A stretch of 64,000 nt of DNA from Hormiphora californensis. Its lineage: Eukaryota > Animalia > Ctenophora. Under the pieces are notes generated by a model, which did no database searches, had not been told where the DNA came from, and saw nothing but the letters and a program-made list of their open reading frames with translations. Position numbers and translations under genes: made by a program. Location of the stretch: contig CM035353.1 in assembly GCA_020137815.1 (NCBI GenBank), forward strand, positions 7,006,001-7,070,000, read 5' to 3'. This document shows, piece after piece, positions 40,976 to 52,361 of this stretch (its first letter is position 1; the number at the start of each line of letters is the position of its first letter).

Positions 40976-43900
40976 GCTCTCTCTCTCTCTCTCTCAATCT
41001 TTATCTCGTTCACTCAGTTTGTTTCCAAAATCATCTAATAAAATTAGATGACTGCTTTTACATGCTCTATTACACAACAATAATGTTAAAGATTCTTTCA
41101 CTTTTAGGCCTCGCAGGCTCGGCCCAAAAGTACAACTACAGAGCTCGCAGGCTCGCTCAGTAGTTACACTTAGCGTGCCTCGCAGGCTCGGCAACTAAGT
41201 AAAAGGATCTACCTCGACCTATCGGTCTCGGTTCATTATTGTTGTATTTAGAACACTCGGCCTTCGGCCTCGTGCACTAAATAGTAATAGACCATTTTAA
41301 CCAGTCATCTAATCATATATTAGCGCGGATCTGACAAATAACTAAAAATTCAATACAATTAAATGTAATCAATTGAGTTTAAATACTCACGTTACGGGAT
41401 CCCTTTTCCCCAAAAATGTTGGTGGTTTTGGTTTATTCTGACTGCTTGTTGTTCCGTTATTGCTTATCGCAGTGCAGTTAAGAGGTTGCCTGTTGGGAGT
41501 ATTTTAGTTAACAAACATTTACATAATCAATATGGTAGTCATGGCATGGGTCAATGTTTGCACGTTGGTCTGCCTCGAATCCTAAAGGAGCTCTGTGGTG
41601 TGAAGTCATTCAAAAAATTAAATTCAGTGTACTGAGCTACAAAATTTGTACGGGGGCAGTGCTATGTCTGGCCAATTTCCTCGCTTAATTACGCTTCTGA
41701 ACGCAAAGCAAGCGAGAAATTGTCAAAACGATGTCTCACAGGGTAACTACTACTAACTACGAAAACGAGCTCACGATGTACATAAATAATATATGACATA
41801 TGTTTCCAAGTGAACGAAATATGATGAACGGTGTGGCAAAAAATAATCATAAAGAAGCTCCATTACAGTGCTGCTTGCAGTCAAAATACGGTAACGCAAA
41901 ATACAGTAAGGAGACACACACCTTGCATAACGCGCGGCAAAAAGTTCATGTGTCAGCACGTACTAGCGCCCTGATTGGTCACGGTTGCGCGTCGTCTTAC
42001 TGTATCTTCGTTTTCCATTACCGTTTTCCCACTACAAGCGACCGTGTAACGAAATAATACATTGGTTTCCCGTCAGGGGTTCCATGAAACGTGTGTTGCG
42101 TCCTAAATACAGCTGTATTATTTCGTTGTGATACGCTCGCCACAGTTTACTGTCGGCGGTAAGTCGGAAGAACCTGTCCGTTCCTCTCATGAGCGCTCAT
42201 GAGTGTATCATGAGTGTGTCATGAGTGTATCATGAGTGTATCATGAGCGCTCATGAGACGTTTTTAGGTGTTTCAACGTCTCATGAGCGCTCATGAGTGT
42301 ATCATGAGTGTGTCATGAGTGTATCATGAGCGCTCATGAGTGCTCATGAGACCTTGCTCATGAGCGCTCATGAGACATATGTCTCATCCCATCTCTGTTT
42401 CAATGTCTCATGAGCGCTCATGAGACGTTTTGACCTACATGTGCTCATGAGTGTATCATGAGACATGTCTCATGAGACATATGTCTCATGAGACGTTAGG
42501 GTTAGGGTTAGGGTTGGGTTTATGGTTGGGCTAGGGTTAGGGCTTTCCTTTAGGTCTAGGGACCCGTAGAGGGTAGGGCTAGGTCCAAGCCTATGAGTCA
42601 ACCCTAACCCTATCCCTATGGGTCCCTAGACCTAAAGGATAACCCTAACCCTAGCCCAACCGTAAACCCAACCATAACCCTAACCCTAACGTCTCATGAG
42701 ACATATGTCTCATGAGACATGTCTCATGATACACTCATGAGCACATGTAGGTCAAAACGTCTCATGAGCGCTCATGAGACATTGAAACAGAGATGGGATG
42801 AGACATATGTCTCATGAGCGCTCATGAGCAAGGTCTCATGAGCACTCATGAGCGCTCATGATACACTCATGACACACTCATGATACACTCATGAGCGCTC
42901 ATGAGACGTTGAAACACCTAAAAACGTCTCATGAGCGCTCATGATACACTCATGATACACTCATGACACACTCATGATACACTCATGAGCGCTCATGAGA
43001 GGAACGGACAGGTTCTTCCGACTTACCCTGTCGGCTTGAGCACTCTTTGCCGGAAACCAGTTGGATCCTAGACTCGATGGAAATCTTGTTGGAGCTCCAA
43101 GTTCTACTGCGATTAAAGAAGCTCCATAGAAATATTGTAGAAGAAGAGAATATGAATTTTTCAACATTATTTTAAAGGGATACTGACTTTTGTGTTAAGA
43201 AAAATAATTAACGTCTTAACGTGTTTTCTCCATGTGCATAGGTACATCATTCTTCGAAGCAGCTGTCAGCCGTAGATAGAAAACAAGATGAGAAGAAAAA
43301 AAAATATTTAAAAATAAGAAGAGAATGAGTAAATAAGATAAATAAAGACACGAAGAAGAAAAAGAGATGAAGAGGAAAAGAAAGAAGGAAAAAAAGAAGA
43401 AAAAACTAAAGAAGAATTAGAGAAAAAAAAAGAAGAAAAAAAATGGAAGAAAACAAAAAAAAGAGAAGAGTAGAGGAAAAGAATAAAATTGTAATTAAAT
43501 ATTAGAAGAAACATATTGAGAAGATGAGAAAAACAAAAAACAAAAAAGAGAATCTCTCGGATGTTGTAACATCTTCATGATGATTTCTCTTCGTATAAGG
43601 AACCATAATAAAGTTCAAGAGCGCACCCCATCCAAGAGCGTACCACCTCCAAAAGACACCACTCCAAGAGCGCACCACATCAAAAAGAGCTCCCCATCCA
43701 GAAGATACCACGCGCAGGGGACACCACGCGCAGAAGAGACCGCACGCGCAAATACAACGCCGCGCTGGTCTCTTGAAGTGGTGTCTTCTGGAGGTGGTGC
43801 GCTCTTGGATTTGGTCTCTTTTGGGTGTGGTGCGCTCTCAGGTGTGGTCTCTCTTCGATCGGGTGCGCTCTTGGGTGCTCTTGGAGGCTCTTGAACTTTA

Positions 43901-46900
43901 TTATGGTTCCTTATTGATTTTTTGATTTTCAAATTATATAAAAGGTGGTTTTCTTACGCAACAAGTTCCTACTGCACATACATGTATGAATCATAAACAT
44001 GCATCGCACACAAAAAACCAGCGTGAGTAATTATCATATACTATTATGTTGACGATTACATGAATGCAACAATAATGCTCAATAGACACATATAATACAC
44101 GCGAGCTTACAGTGCTTCTGCAGCTTGCTCAAAGGGTTTTTCTTGGACTGTGTATTTTTCCTTTCGTATCGAGCTGGGTAAAAGTTTAATTTTACAGAGT
44201 CCAAAGCATAATGATCGGTTTATTATTTGTTAGCTACATGTATTCAGTAAGGAAGTGTATTGGCTCCATTGCAACCTATTCTCGCTCCGCGAAGAATAGG
44301 CTCCCGGCCTGTGGACAGCAAGAACTCACGTGCGCGCGATGTAAAGCACGTTTTCAGCAGTGGGACTATCAAATCGCGCGCGATATACTGTTTTAGCAGG
44401 CATTTTTAGCCGACATAGCACTACCAAAACCCCAATTACCGCCTCAATTGGCACTTTGATGTATCGGCGGGTATTTTCCCATACTCACAAGGCCATGACG
44501 ATTCACCCAGTACCCGCAGATTGTCCCAGGACCGAGTAGGAGCTTGCAGCCAGGTCTTTAAAGAATTGCTCATGTTTAGCGTCAATTTTGACCCACTATT
44601 CCTCAAATGCTGATATTCGCGGGTATTTTCCGTAAAACTAGAGACAATTATCTGCCAGGAGCAACAAACGAGATGCAAATCGGTTCAGTAGTTCCTTGCA
44701 GCCAGGTCTTTGAAAAAGTTTGCTCTAAAATCAATAACGCGCCGGAGGCCTAGATGTGAGATCGATCTCGGTCGCTGCGCGACCTCGATCTCACTCAGGC
44801 ATCAATGTGGCCAAGGAAGTGTAGTTTTCTCCTTTGTACAGCCGAAATGAGAGAACTAGACTTTCTCAAAGTAAAATTATAGCCCTACTGAAGCTAGAAT
44901 GCGTTTGGATCTCGATTCTTTCGCTAGAAAGAGATATTAGCCTCTAAAAGATATAACTTCCCGGCAGCAAGGTTTGAACAAAACAGAGTCTACCATAATA
45001 TTTATTAATATTTCATTTATTAATTATCTCCCAGAAAATATATGCTTTTAAGTTAGCGCCGTGCATATATGCTTGACGCTAACGTAACAGCATTTAATGT
45101 GCTGAGTATGCATATTATATATTGCTATCCATTGTTGTTGAGTAACAACTCGACGAATTCATTGACCGGAAAGCAAAAAACAAATTATCCCAACTTTTTA
45201 GATTATGATTAAATTCTCGGTTTATTGCGCCTGATCGGATGATTGATCCCACAAACAGGTGTTATTGATTTTAGAGCAAAGTTTTTCAAAAATTCGGCTG
45301 CAAGCTCCTAGACGGTCACGGGAAAATCTGCGGGTACTGGGAGAATCGTCATAGTCTTGTAAGTATGGAAAAAATGCCCACCGATACACCACGATACCAA
45401 TTATGACCAATTGAGGCGATAATTGAGGTTTTAGTACTAGGTCAGCTTAAAAAGCCTGCTAAAGGGGCGTGTTGTGCGCGATTTGAGGTCTTATTGCTGA
45501 AAAGCGTACTTTCATCTCACGTATGCGAGTTCTTGCTCTCAACGGAGCAGGCACCTATTACTCGCAAAGCGAGAAAAGGTGGCAATGGCACCAACTTCTT
45601 GATCTTGACCTATATGGACTATATAATAGTGGGTTGATTATTTATCGCGTTACTTACTTGACAACGTTTTGTCTTTTCCAAAGGATTTTAACAAGTACCG
45701 CAAGGGTTAGAGCCACGGAAATCATCGTAGGTATAACAAAGGGGATATCAACCTGTTGAAACAAATTTCAGCTAGTAATGATAAACCTATAATACTACTA
45801 ATAAAATATTCACTATACAGTCGGACCCCGATTTAGTGGCATCCTCGGGGGAAAGGGGTTTGTCCACTAAATCGGGGGCCACTAAATCGGGGTCCGACTG
45901 TAGTGGGTTTTGTAATATTTCCCGCTGTCATAGAAATTATAATTACAATTCTACCCCCTGATAGTCATAAGATAGAGCCTTCATTAGTATTTTGAGGGAA
46001 TTACGGAGAAACTGTCAAAGTTATAGGGAGGACTAAACTTCCCCCTTTCTCCCTGTGAGCACAATGACATAATCTCACAATATATATTGTATTAGAAGGA
46101 CTTATAATATTATAAGTTCGTCTAACCTTCAATTTATATGAAGTCGCCATTTATTGGAGTCCATATAGATAGCGACTTGGGACAGAATACAAACATATCA
46201 TATCCACATATAATAGCTGTACACCCAGAATTTATATAGATACAAATATTTAACTGTGTAGCACTATGTTAATATTAATTAACTAACATTTCTTACCAGA
46301 ATGACGTAGAGGGAAAATATTGTGAAAAGGTTGTCTTCAATTTCCGTTTGGTTTAAATGTAACAACTGCAGTAGGGGATATGTTAACATATGTTAACATA
46401 TGTTAACAATAATAATATGCTAATTCAAACATCTGTATATTGTAGTATTATATATAGGCCCTAGTATAATAGCGGTAGTAGGTTGCCTTATACTAATATT
46501 AATATTTCGGTAGCAGCTCACAAGGCTACTTGTAGTAGGGGAGACTTGACCCATATGGTACACTTGCCCAAATGGAATTTTTCGCTGGGGAGCCCAATAT
46601 AAGATTTTCAAGATTATTTCACCCTAGAATGTGATTCAAATAGGCTCAGTACCATTTCCAGCCCATGTAAAACCCCATTGGACAGTCAATGTAATTTTTG
46701 GCGGACGAAAAAAATCGAAACAAAAAAGTTAGAAATTTGGCCTGTCTGATACCATTTATTTTGCACCCATGATTTCCGAACCAAAATCTATCGTACAGGA
46801 GTTGGACTTCAGACTTTGTCACAGCATATCTCACCGATTTATTTTACATTAAACAGTTAATTTGATAGGAAATCACTAAAACCTGAAGATACCCAATTTT

Positions 46901-49900
46901 GGTTAAATGGCATACTTTTTTGTATTAATATGGAATATTCCATTTGACCAAAACTTACTATACCATTTTGGCAAAGTTTTACGTATTGTGCGTAATTTGA
47001 CTAAGTTCTCTGCTTTCCTGTGCATTAATGAACTTCGTTTTTAATTTTCAAAGTTTGGAAGTCGTTTTGATCACGCTAGCCGGCAGAAAAACGTTTCCGT
47101 ACTACTCTTTCTGAGCCCGCGGTGTTGGGTTGTTGTTTCTGTACAACTCTGGCTGCTCCTGTTCTATAGTTTATGGTACCATATTTCGTTAGGGTATGTT
47201 AATCATATTTGGAACAGTGAGCTTTCTCAAAACCACCTAAATTCGGATTTTCTTATTTAAGCCCGCGTAGGATATCCCATTTTGGTAAAATGGACTATCC
47301 CATTTTGGCAAATAATCCTATCCCGTATAACCAAATTTTTCATTTAAACCCCCAAAATAATCCAATTCCGTATAACCAAATAATTCCGTATGACCAATAT
47401 TTTTTTTTCCAAATGGACTACCAGCATATCTCTACTAAGGGGTTATCTTAAGCTGTAAATGACACATTGGGGAAATAAAATGAACGATTTAATGACCATC
47501 TACCAAAAAATTTTAGGTATTAGACTAAATCGTTGAACAGGACACACCTAAACAAGATAGTGGTTCATATGGGTCAAGTCTCCCCTACATAATTGAAAAC
47601 GTGGTAAAAACTGTTTTGGTCTGGAATACGGTATTATCTAGCACTATTATTAACACCTTATGTTACCTCAGCAATGCTCCACCCACAGGTCATTTCCCTA
47701 GTTGGTTGTTCTACATACGTAATACCGGCCATGAATGGTATAGCCTGACTGCCTAGGGGTAGGAGGGGGTATTGAGTCGCGGCTGACACTTATATTCACG
47801 GAATGTTAATTATTAATAAACTTACTGAATTAAACTTACTGAAAGCGAATATCCAAGCACCAATGATGCTGTATTTATAGATATCAACGTACAGAGTCCT
47901 CCCATATGTCAGGGGGTAGAAAATGGCATGCATACGGTCTATACCTGAAAGCAAAAGGAGTACATAATTAGCAATAATAATGCGAATGTTAAACTTTGAT
48001 TGTACAGTCAGACCCCGATTTACCTGGTTGCTCGGGGGAAAGGGTTTTGCCTGGTAAATCGGGGTGCCCGGTATATCGGGGTCAAATACCGTTAATTTAC
48101 TACATATATCGGGGGAATTTTAACTTCCCGGTAAATCGGGGTTCCGGTAAATCGGGGCCCGGTAAATCGGGGTCCGACTGTACATTATAATCGACTTACT
48201 AAGAAGAAGGAGAGTGATGCTTATCACACGCACCAGAGTTTGGTAACAAAACCCACTGATGTTGCAAAATATACTGAAAATGAAGGGAATTAATCAAAAC
48301 CCACTGATGTTGCAAAATATACTGAAAATGAAGGGAATTAATCAAAACCCACTGATGTTGCAAAATATACTGAAAATGAAGGGAATTAATCAAAACCCAC
48401 TGATGTTGCAAAATATACTGAAAATGAAGGGAATTAATCAAAACCCACTGATGTTGCAAAATATACTGAAAATGAAGGGAATTAATCAAAACCCACTGAT
48501 GTTGCAAAATATACTGAAAATGAAGGGAATTAATCAAAACCCACTGATGTTGCAAAATATACTGAAAATGAAGGGAATTAATCAAAACCCACTGATATTG
48601 CAAAATATACTGAAAATGAAGGGAATTAATCAAAACCCACTGATGTTGCAAAATATACTGAAAATGAAGGGAATTAATCGGTATACAGTCGGACCCCGAT
48701 TTAGGGACACCCTCGGGGGAAAGGCTCTTGTCCACTAAATCGGGGTGTCCACTAAATCGGGGTCGAATAAGGGTAATTTCCTATATCGGGGGGAAAAAAT
48801 CCTGTCCCTAAATCGGGGTGCCACTAAATCGGGGGCCCCTAAATCGGGGTCCGACTGTATACACAATCTTGGATCTGCTTATAATGCATTGATATATGGG
48901 TTTAGGCCCAAACTACAAATATATTCATACTTGTGTAAAGGTTGTTCAGTTAACTTTTCATATCCATCAACATACGGAGACGGTCGACCAATCTAAAAAT
49001 TTTTTTTGGTATTAATCGGATGTGTTGATTATTTATTTAGTTTCATTTAATAACTATGTGTATATTAGATAGGTATAATGTGTTTCTGATAATTTCTTTA
49101 GTACCTGAATGTAGTAGACAACCCAAGGCATTACTATGAGCCCCATTAGTAGATCACAAAATGCAATGTTGAAATAAAGACTCATTGTCTTTGGCAGAAT
49201 CGTTAGCAGTTGGAAATTGTTTTTCTTTAAAATCTTACTGAAAGAAAAATATTAATAGCTCCGGAGCTTTTTTCCTGCTGCTTCTATAAGAAGCTTCTTT
49301 GCTTTTCAATTATGTATATTTTGTATGAAACTTTATGCAATATAGCTAGAACTCCGACCCGTCTAGATGTTTCAATTCGTACCAAATTTGAACTAATCAG
49401 GTCATTTTGTTGTTACTAAATATTCATAAACACACGTATGAATGCGAAGAGATGTATTTTTTCCCTGCCCGGGTGGATGCCCGAAGGGCATCCACCCGGA
49501 TGATCGTTTTAGCACGTGTGCTAAAAAGATCATAAAGGGTTTAGAAATCTCGGATTTGAAATAGTAACTCGAGCGTGGTCAAAATCGCGTGTGTCACGGT
49601 AGCAGCCTGACAACCGCGATGCTGACAATTTTGAAAAGTTCGTCCGCAAAGTTATTTCACTACGGATTGTGGTGGCGCGCGCTCAAAATTTGCTGCGCGC
49701 GGCGCTCTCAATGCAGCGTTGTTGGTCTCACACCTCGCGCGTTACAGCATGGCGCCGCTACTAGCGCTCGAATGGATTTAACTTCTTAATCAATCTGATC
49801 GAAACTAAAAGCTCAGCTCGTTAGTATGGTGACTGACGGAACGTGAGAAGTTCCCATGCATAGCTTAGTGTCACATAACATTGTAATTAGGCGTTGGCGT

Positions 49901-50348
49901 CGCGACGATCAGATCACATTGCACGGTATCATCTAGTGTGGGCGGCGCTCAGAGATCTCATCGCAGATCTCATCGCAGATCGCTTATCAGTGAATGTGAT
50001 CGGTTTGAGTATTCGTTGGCAGGGAAACACAGCATTATGAAACATAATGCAAAAATAATTCTTGTTATTCCGGCACAATGAGCGTCGAGCGAGCCGGTGC
50101 TGAACAACAACACTTTTCTACGGTAAAATATATAACTAAACTACTACAACTAAACTACAATTATGCAAGCAGTGCTCAACTACAAATAGTTATGTAGGCT
50201 ATTAGAGATGTTATAGATAAAGTGATATATATTTTACTTACAAGATGATGATACTGTTAGTTGGAACGCACAGGAAGACCAGGACTATCAGCACAAAGGA
50301 GAATGTCCATTCAACAACCACAACATGCATCTCATCGCTGGCAACCAT
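38784..50348 (-). CDS. Class A (rhodopsin-family) orphan GPCR, multi-exon
   Basis: Phase-consistent exons: 50242-50348 (TM1 ...VFLCVPTNSIIIF), 49105-49237 (TM2 NIAFCDLLMGLIVMPW), 48931-48992, 48200-48273 (TM3 FCNISGFCYQTL), 47840-47944 (SIDRMHAIFYPLTY...GAWIFAF), 47667-47788 (ECL2 Cys), 46297-46365, 45658-45752 (TM5 PFVIP), 44111-44173. Then 39378-39506 (TM6 KASMTVLMLV) and an exon starting at 39050 (TM7 FLASTINPFMVYW). ICL3 exons (candidates 43028-43106, 41391-41489) and the C-terminus are uncertain. Confidence 0.85.
39094..39286. repeat. ~190-bp direct repeat, copy 1 (copy 2 at 41865-42049)
   Basis: acagtgctgcttgcagtcaaaatacgg...caagcgaccgtgtaa, highly similar in both copies. Confidence 0.9.
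39541..40173 (+). mobile_element. Non-autonomous Helitron (633 bp)
   Basis: A|TCATACTATTATTAAAG 5' end; 3' GC hairpin tcgcccgtagggcga followed by CTAG|T; no TSD. Confidence 0.75.
41043..41313 (-). mobile_element. Small element with 12-bp terminal inverted repeats enclosing five hairpins (possibly Crypton-like non-autonomous)
   Basis: attagatgactg / cagtcatctaat ends; hairpins at 41101-41130, 41135-41166, 41168-41200, 41211-41232 and 41245-41283. Confidence 0.6.
41865..42049. repeat. ~190-bp direct repeat, copy 2
   Basis: See 39094-39286. Confidence 0.9.
42158..43027. mobile_element. 870-bp almost fully palindromic foldback element with 8-bp TSD (Merlin-like)
   Basis: TSD CTGTCGGC at 42150-42157 and 43028-43035; termini GGTAA...TTACC; arms made of TCATGA-based repeats; TTAGGG/CCCTAA tracts near the centre. 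Confidence 0.85.
43595..43914. mobile_element. MITE with ~28-bp TIRs and internal inverted AGAGCGCACC repeats
   Basis: ataaggaaccataataaagttcaagagc ... gctcttgaactttattatggttccttat. Confidence 0.85.
44260..45596. mobile_element. Two diverged inverted copies (44260-44738, 45261-45596) of a Helentron/HINE-like repeat
   Basis: Alignable in reverse orientation over >300 bp; terminal hairpin cctattctcgc-tcc-gcgaagaatagg. Confidence 0.65.
45818..45900. mobile_element. 83-bp CAGTCGGACCCCGATTTA MITE, TA-flanked
   Basis: Perfect TIRs, TA on both sides. Confidence 0.9.
46535..47588. mobile_element. Non-autonomous TIR element (~1.05 kb) in a GPCR intron
   Basis: 23-bp TIR gtaggggagacttgacccatatg / catatgggtcaagtctcccctac. 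Confidence 0.8.
48005..48180. mobile_element. CAGTCGGACCCCGATTTA MITE (CCGG subtype), TA-flanked
   Basis: TIRs and TA on both sides. Confidence 0.9.
48248..48679 (-). repeat. 48-bp tandem repeat x9; each unit is the intron 3' end, the AG and the first 26 nt of the GPCR TM3 exon
   Basis: Minus-strand unit gattaattcccttcattttcag|tatattttgcaacatcagtgggtttt; one substitution seen in the nine copies. Confidence 0.95.
48686..48857. mobile_element. CAGTCGGACCCCGATTTA MITE, TA-flanked
   Basis: TIRs and TA on both sides. Confidence 0.9.
49457..50066 (+). mobile_element. Helentron-associated (HINE-like) element in GPCR intron 1
   Basis: 5' T-run, TTCCCTGCC and hairpin gggtggatgcccgaagggcatccaccc; 3' subterminal GGCAGGGAAA, hairpin gcattatg-aaa-cataatgc, then ttcttgtt. 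The same 3' end recurs at 38251-38300. Confidence 0.75.
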
Positions 50349-50397
50349 ATTTTATCTGTTCATTCACAAGCTATAGAGACACGTGTATGAATTAGCA

Positions 50398-50463
50398 GCC
50401 TAGCGCAATAAGGGGTGACTTTGCAACCAATTGGTTGCAAAGTCACCCCTTATTGCGCTAGGC
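50398..50463. repeat. 66-bp perfect spacerless palindrome
   Basis: gcctagcgcaataaggggtgactttgcaaccaa|ttggttgcaaagtcaccccttattgcgctaggc. Confidence 0.95.
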
Positions 50464-51744
50464 GCTGGGGTGAGGGGTTCTGTTGTTGTTTGCTCCTCCG
50501 CTTCTGTCACTAAACTATTTCTGACTTGAACGTGGCATAACTAGATACACAACTTGATAATATACTGATTGATGTTGATGTCAGTCCCATCCGCCAGTAC
50601 TGGCGCGGAGATACATCCGTACCTATGTGACTATGAGTCGATGAATTCTGAACTGAGCTTTATTGACTAGGTCACTGAATTTTCGGGCCACATAGATTTC
50701 AACGTTGACAGATTTGAGATCATAGATTAAGATAAGAACCAATGGTACTGTACCATGCATACTTATTTGGTGACATAGACACCGCACGCGACCAAGATTG
50801 AGCGCCAGGTGTCTATATGTCACCAACATACTTATCAAGTCTGTCAAACACATACTTCTCCCTATCTGGTATAATTACGAGAGGGCTAGGAAGGAAAATC
50901 TATTAAAGTGTTGGAAGTACTATGTATATAGTTCCGAGAATGAATTCAAAGCCGCGAGAAAGTATTTCAAGAAAGAAATTGTGAATCTAGTCTAACAGGA
51001 TACCTTATTACCTAAAAATAAGGCGACTTAAATTTAACTTAGCGAAAATGGACGTTTATAATAAACTTTATTTACACAATACACTCCTATGTTAATTTTT
51101 ATAGATTGCCTTATTTTTAGGTAATTTAAGGTGCCTCAAATTGCCAACTCTGAGCACCCCTGACTGTACGTGTCAAATTATCAGAGTGACAGAAATTAAA
51201 TTCTGTCCAACATACCCTTATAGATTTAATTGTGCCACGCGGTACGTTTATCTAGTTAAACCGAGACTTACTCATAAGACTGCAGCTAGTTTAGTAGACT
51301 ATAGACCCCGCCGGCTCAAATAGACGCACGGCGCGCTCAAACAATTTGCACTGGTCTATTGGGCCGTGCACTGCCGTGAGTTTGTGTCTCGATAGACGCA
51401 CGCCCTCTGACAGATTTGTGTAAAGATCACAAAGAATCACTGGAAACACGATAAAATGACTTGGTAACTCAAGAGGGAGTGTGTGTACAACCTACAACAC
51501 TCTCTGCCTAGATTTGGCGCCCGCCAGTCTGTTGCAACTGTTGCTCATGACCCACAATTAACTGTAATCTCTCTCTGCATTCCACGCTTTGAAACTGTTA
51601 CAACGATTGTTACGAGTGTGTAGGAATGTAGAGAGGCACTCTGTAGCTTCATTTCTAACTGTTTGACCCGTTTTGTGTGAGCTCTCTCTGTGTCAACCAC
51701 CTAATTTGTGCTTGTTTTGCTTCTAGGTGCCCGCCAGCGGGGTC

Positions 51745-51927
51745 TATAGAACACAACTCCCTCCCTTACGTGCAGATATACCTGTAAACCCCTCGCTGAC
51801 GCTCGGGATTTACAGGGCTGTAACGCACGGGTCCCTTCGGGACCCGTGCATTACAGCTCAATAGACGCACTGCTCTGCAGTGCGTCTATTGAATAGATGC
51901 CCGCGCGGGAGGGAGTTATGTACTATA
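51745..51927 (-). mobile_element. Small TIR-bounded three-hairpin element
   Basis: tatagaacacaactccctccc / gggagggagttatgtactata ends and three internal hairpins; adjoins another inverted pair 51299-51311 / 51737-51749. Confidence 0.65.
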
Positions 51928-52199
51928 TAATAGTAGTCTAACAAGTTCAGAGAGATTCAGCTCGAATTCACATTACATAACTCCGTGCAACTACATGGGT
52001 AGTGACAGGGACTGCAGAGGGATACAAGCACGCGACATCTCCAAATTATAATAGAGATATCAACTCTAACTGGGTGGTTAAGCATCTCAAGAACTGGTTT
52101 ACTAAACTGTTTAGTTATATAAATATCAGCGGGTGAAAATTCGTCTGATTTACCACGCCCGCTATAAAAAAGCAGGGATGTTTATGCCGCTAAAACTTA

Positions 52200-52361
52200 T
52201 AATCAATAAATCCTTGCTAATATAAAGTATAAGCCCCTCCCTTTGGTCGGGTTTAATACCATATACCACCCTCCCTGCTTCGCAGGTCGGGCAGTATATG
52301 GTGTAGCGAATCACTCTAGCGGGCGACCCGCTACATAATATAAACCCAGGTTTATTGATTA
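52200..52361 (-). mobile_element. Small TIR-bounded multi-hairpin element
   Basis: taatcaataaa / tttattgatta ends; hairpins at 52231-52254, 52258-52302 and 52303-52334. Confidence 0.6.

Noticed and set aside
39094-42049. LTR retrotransposon bounded by the direct repeats
   Set aside because: No TG...CA ends, PBS, PPT or gag/pol; the interval contains host GPCR exons.
48248-48679. CRISPR-like array or repeat protein MLQNILKMKGINQNPL
   Set aside because: No spacers, eukaryotic context; explained as a duplicated splice junction.
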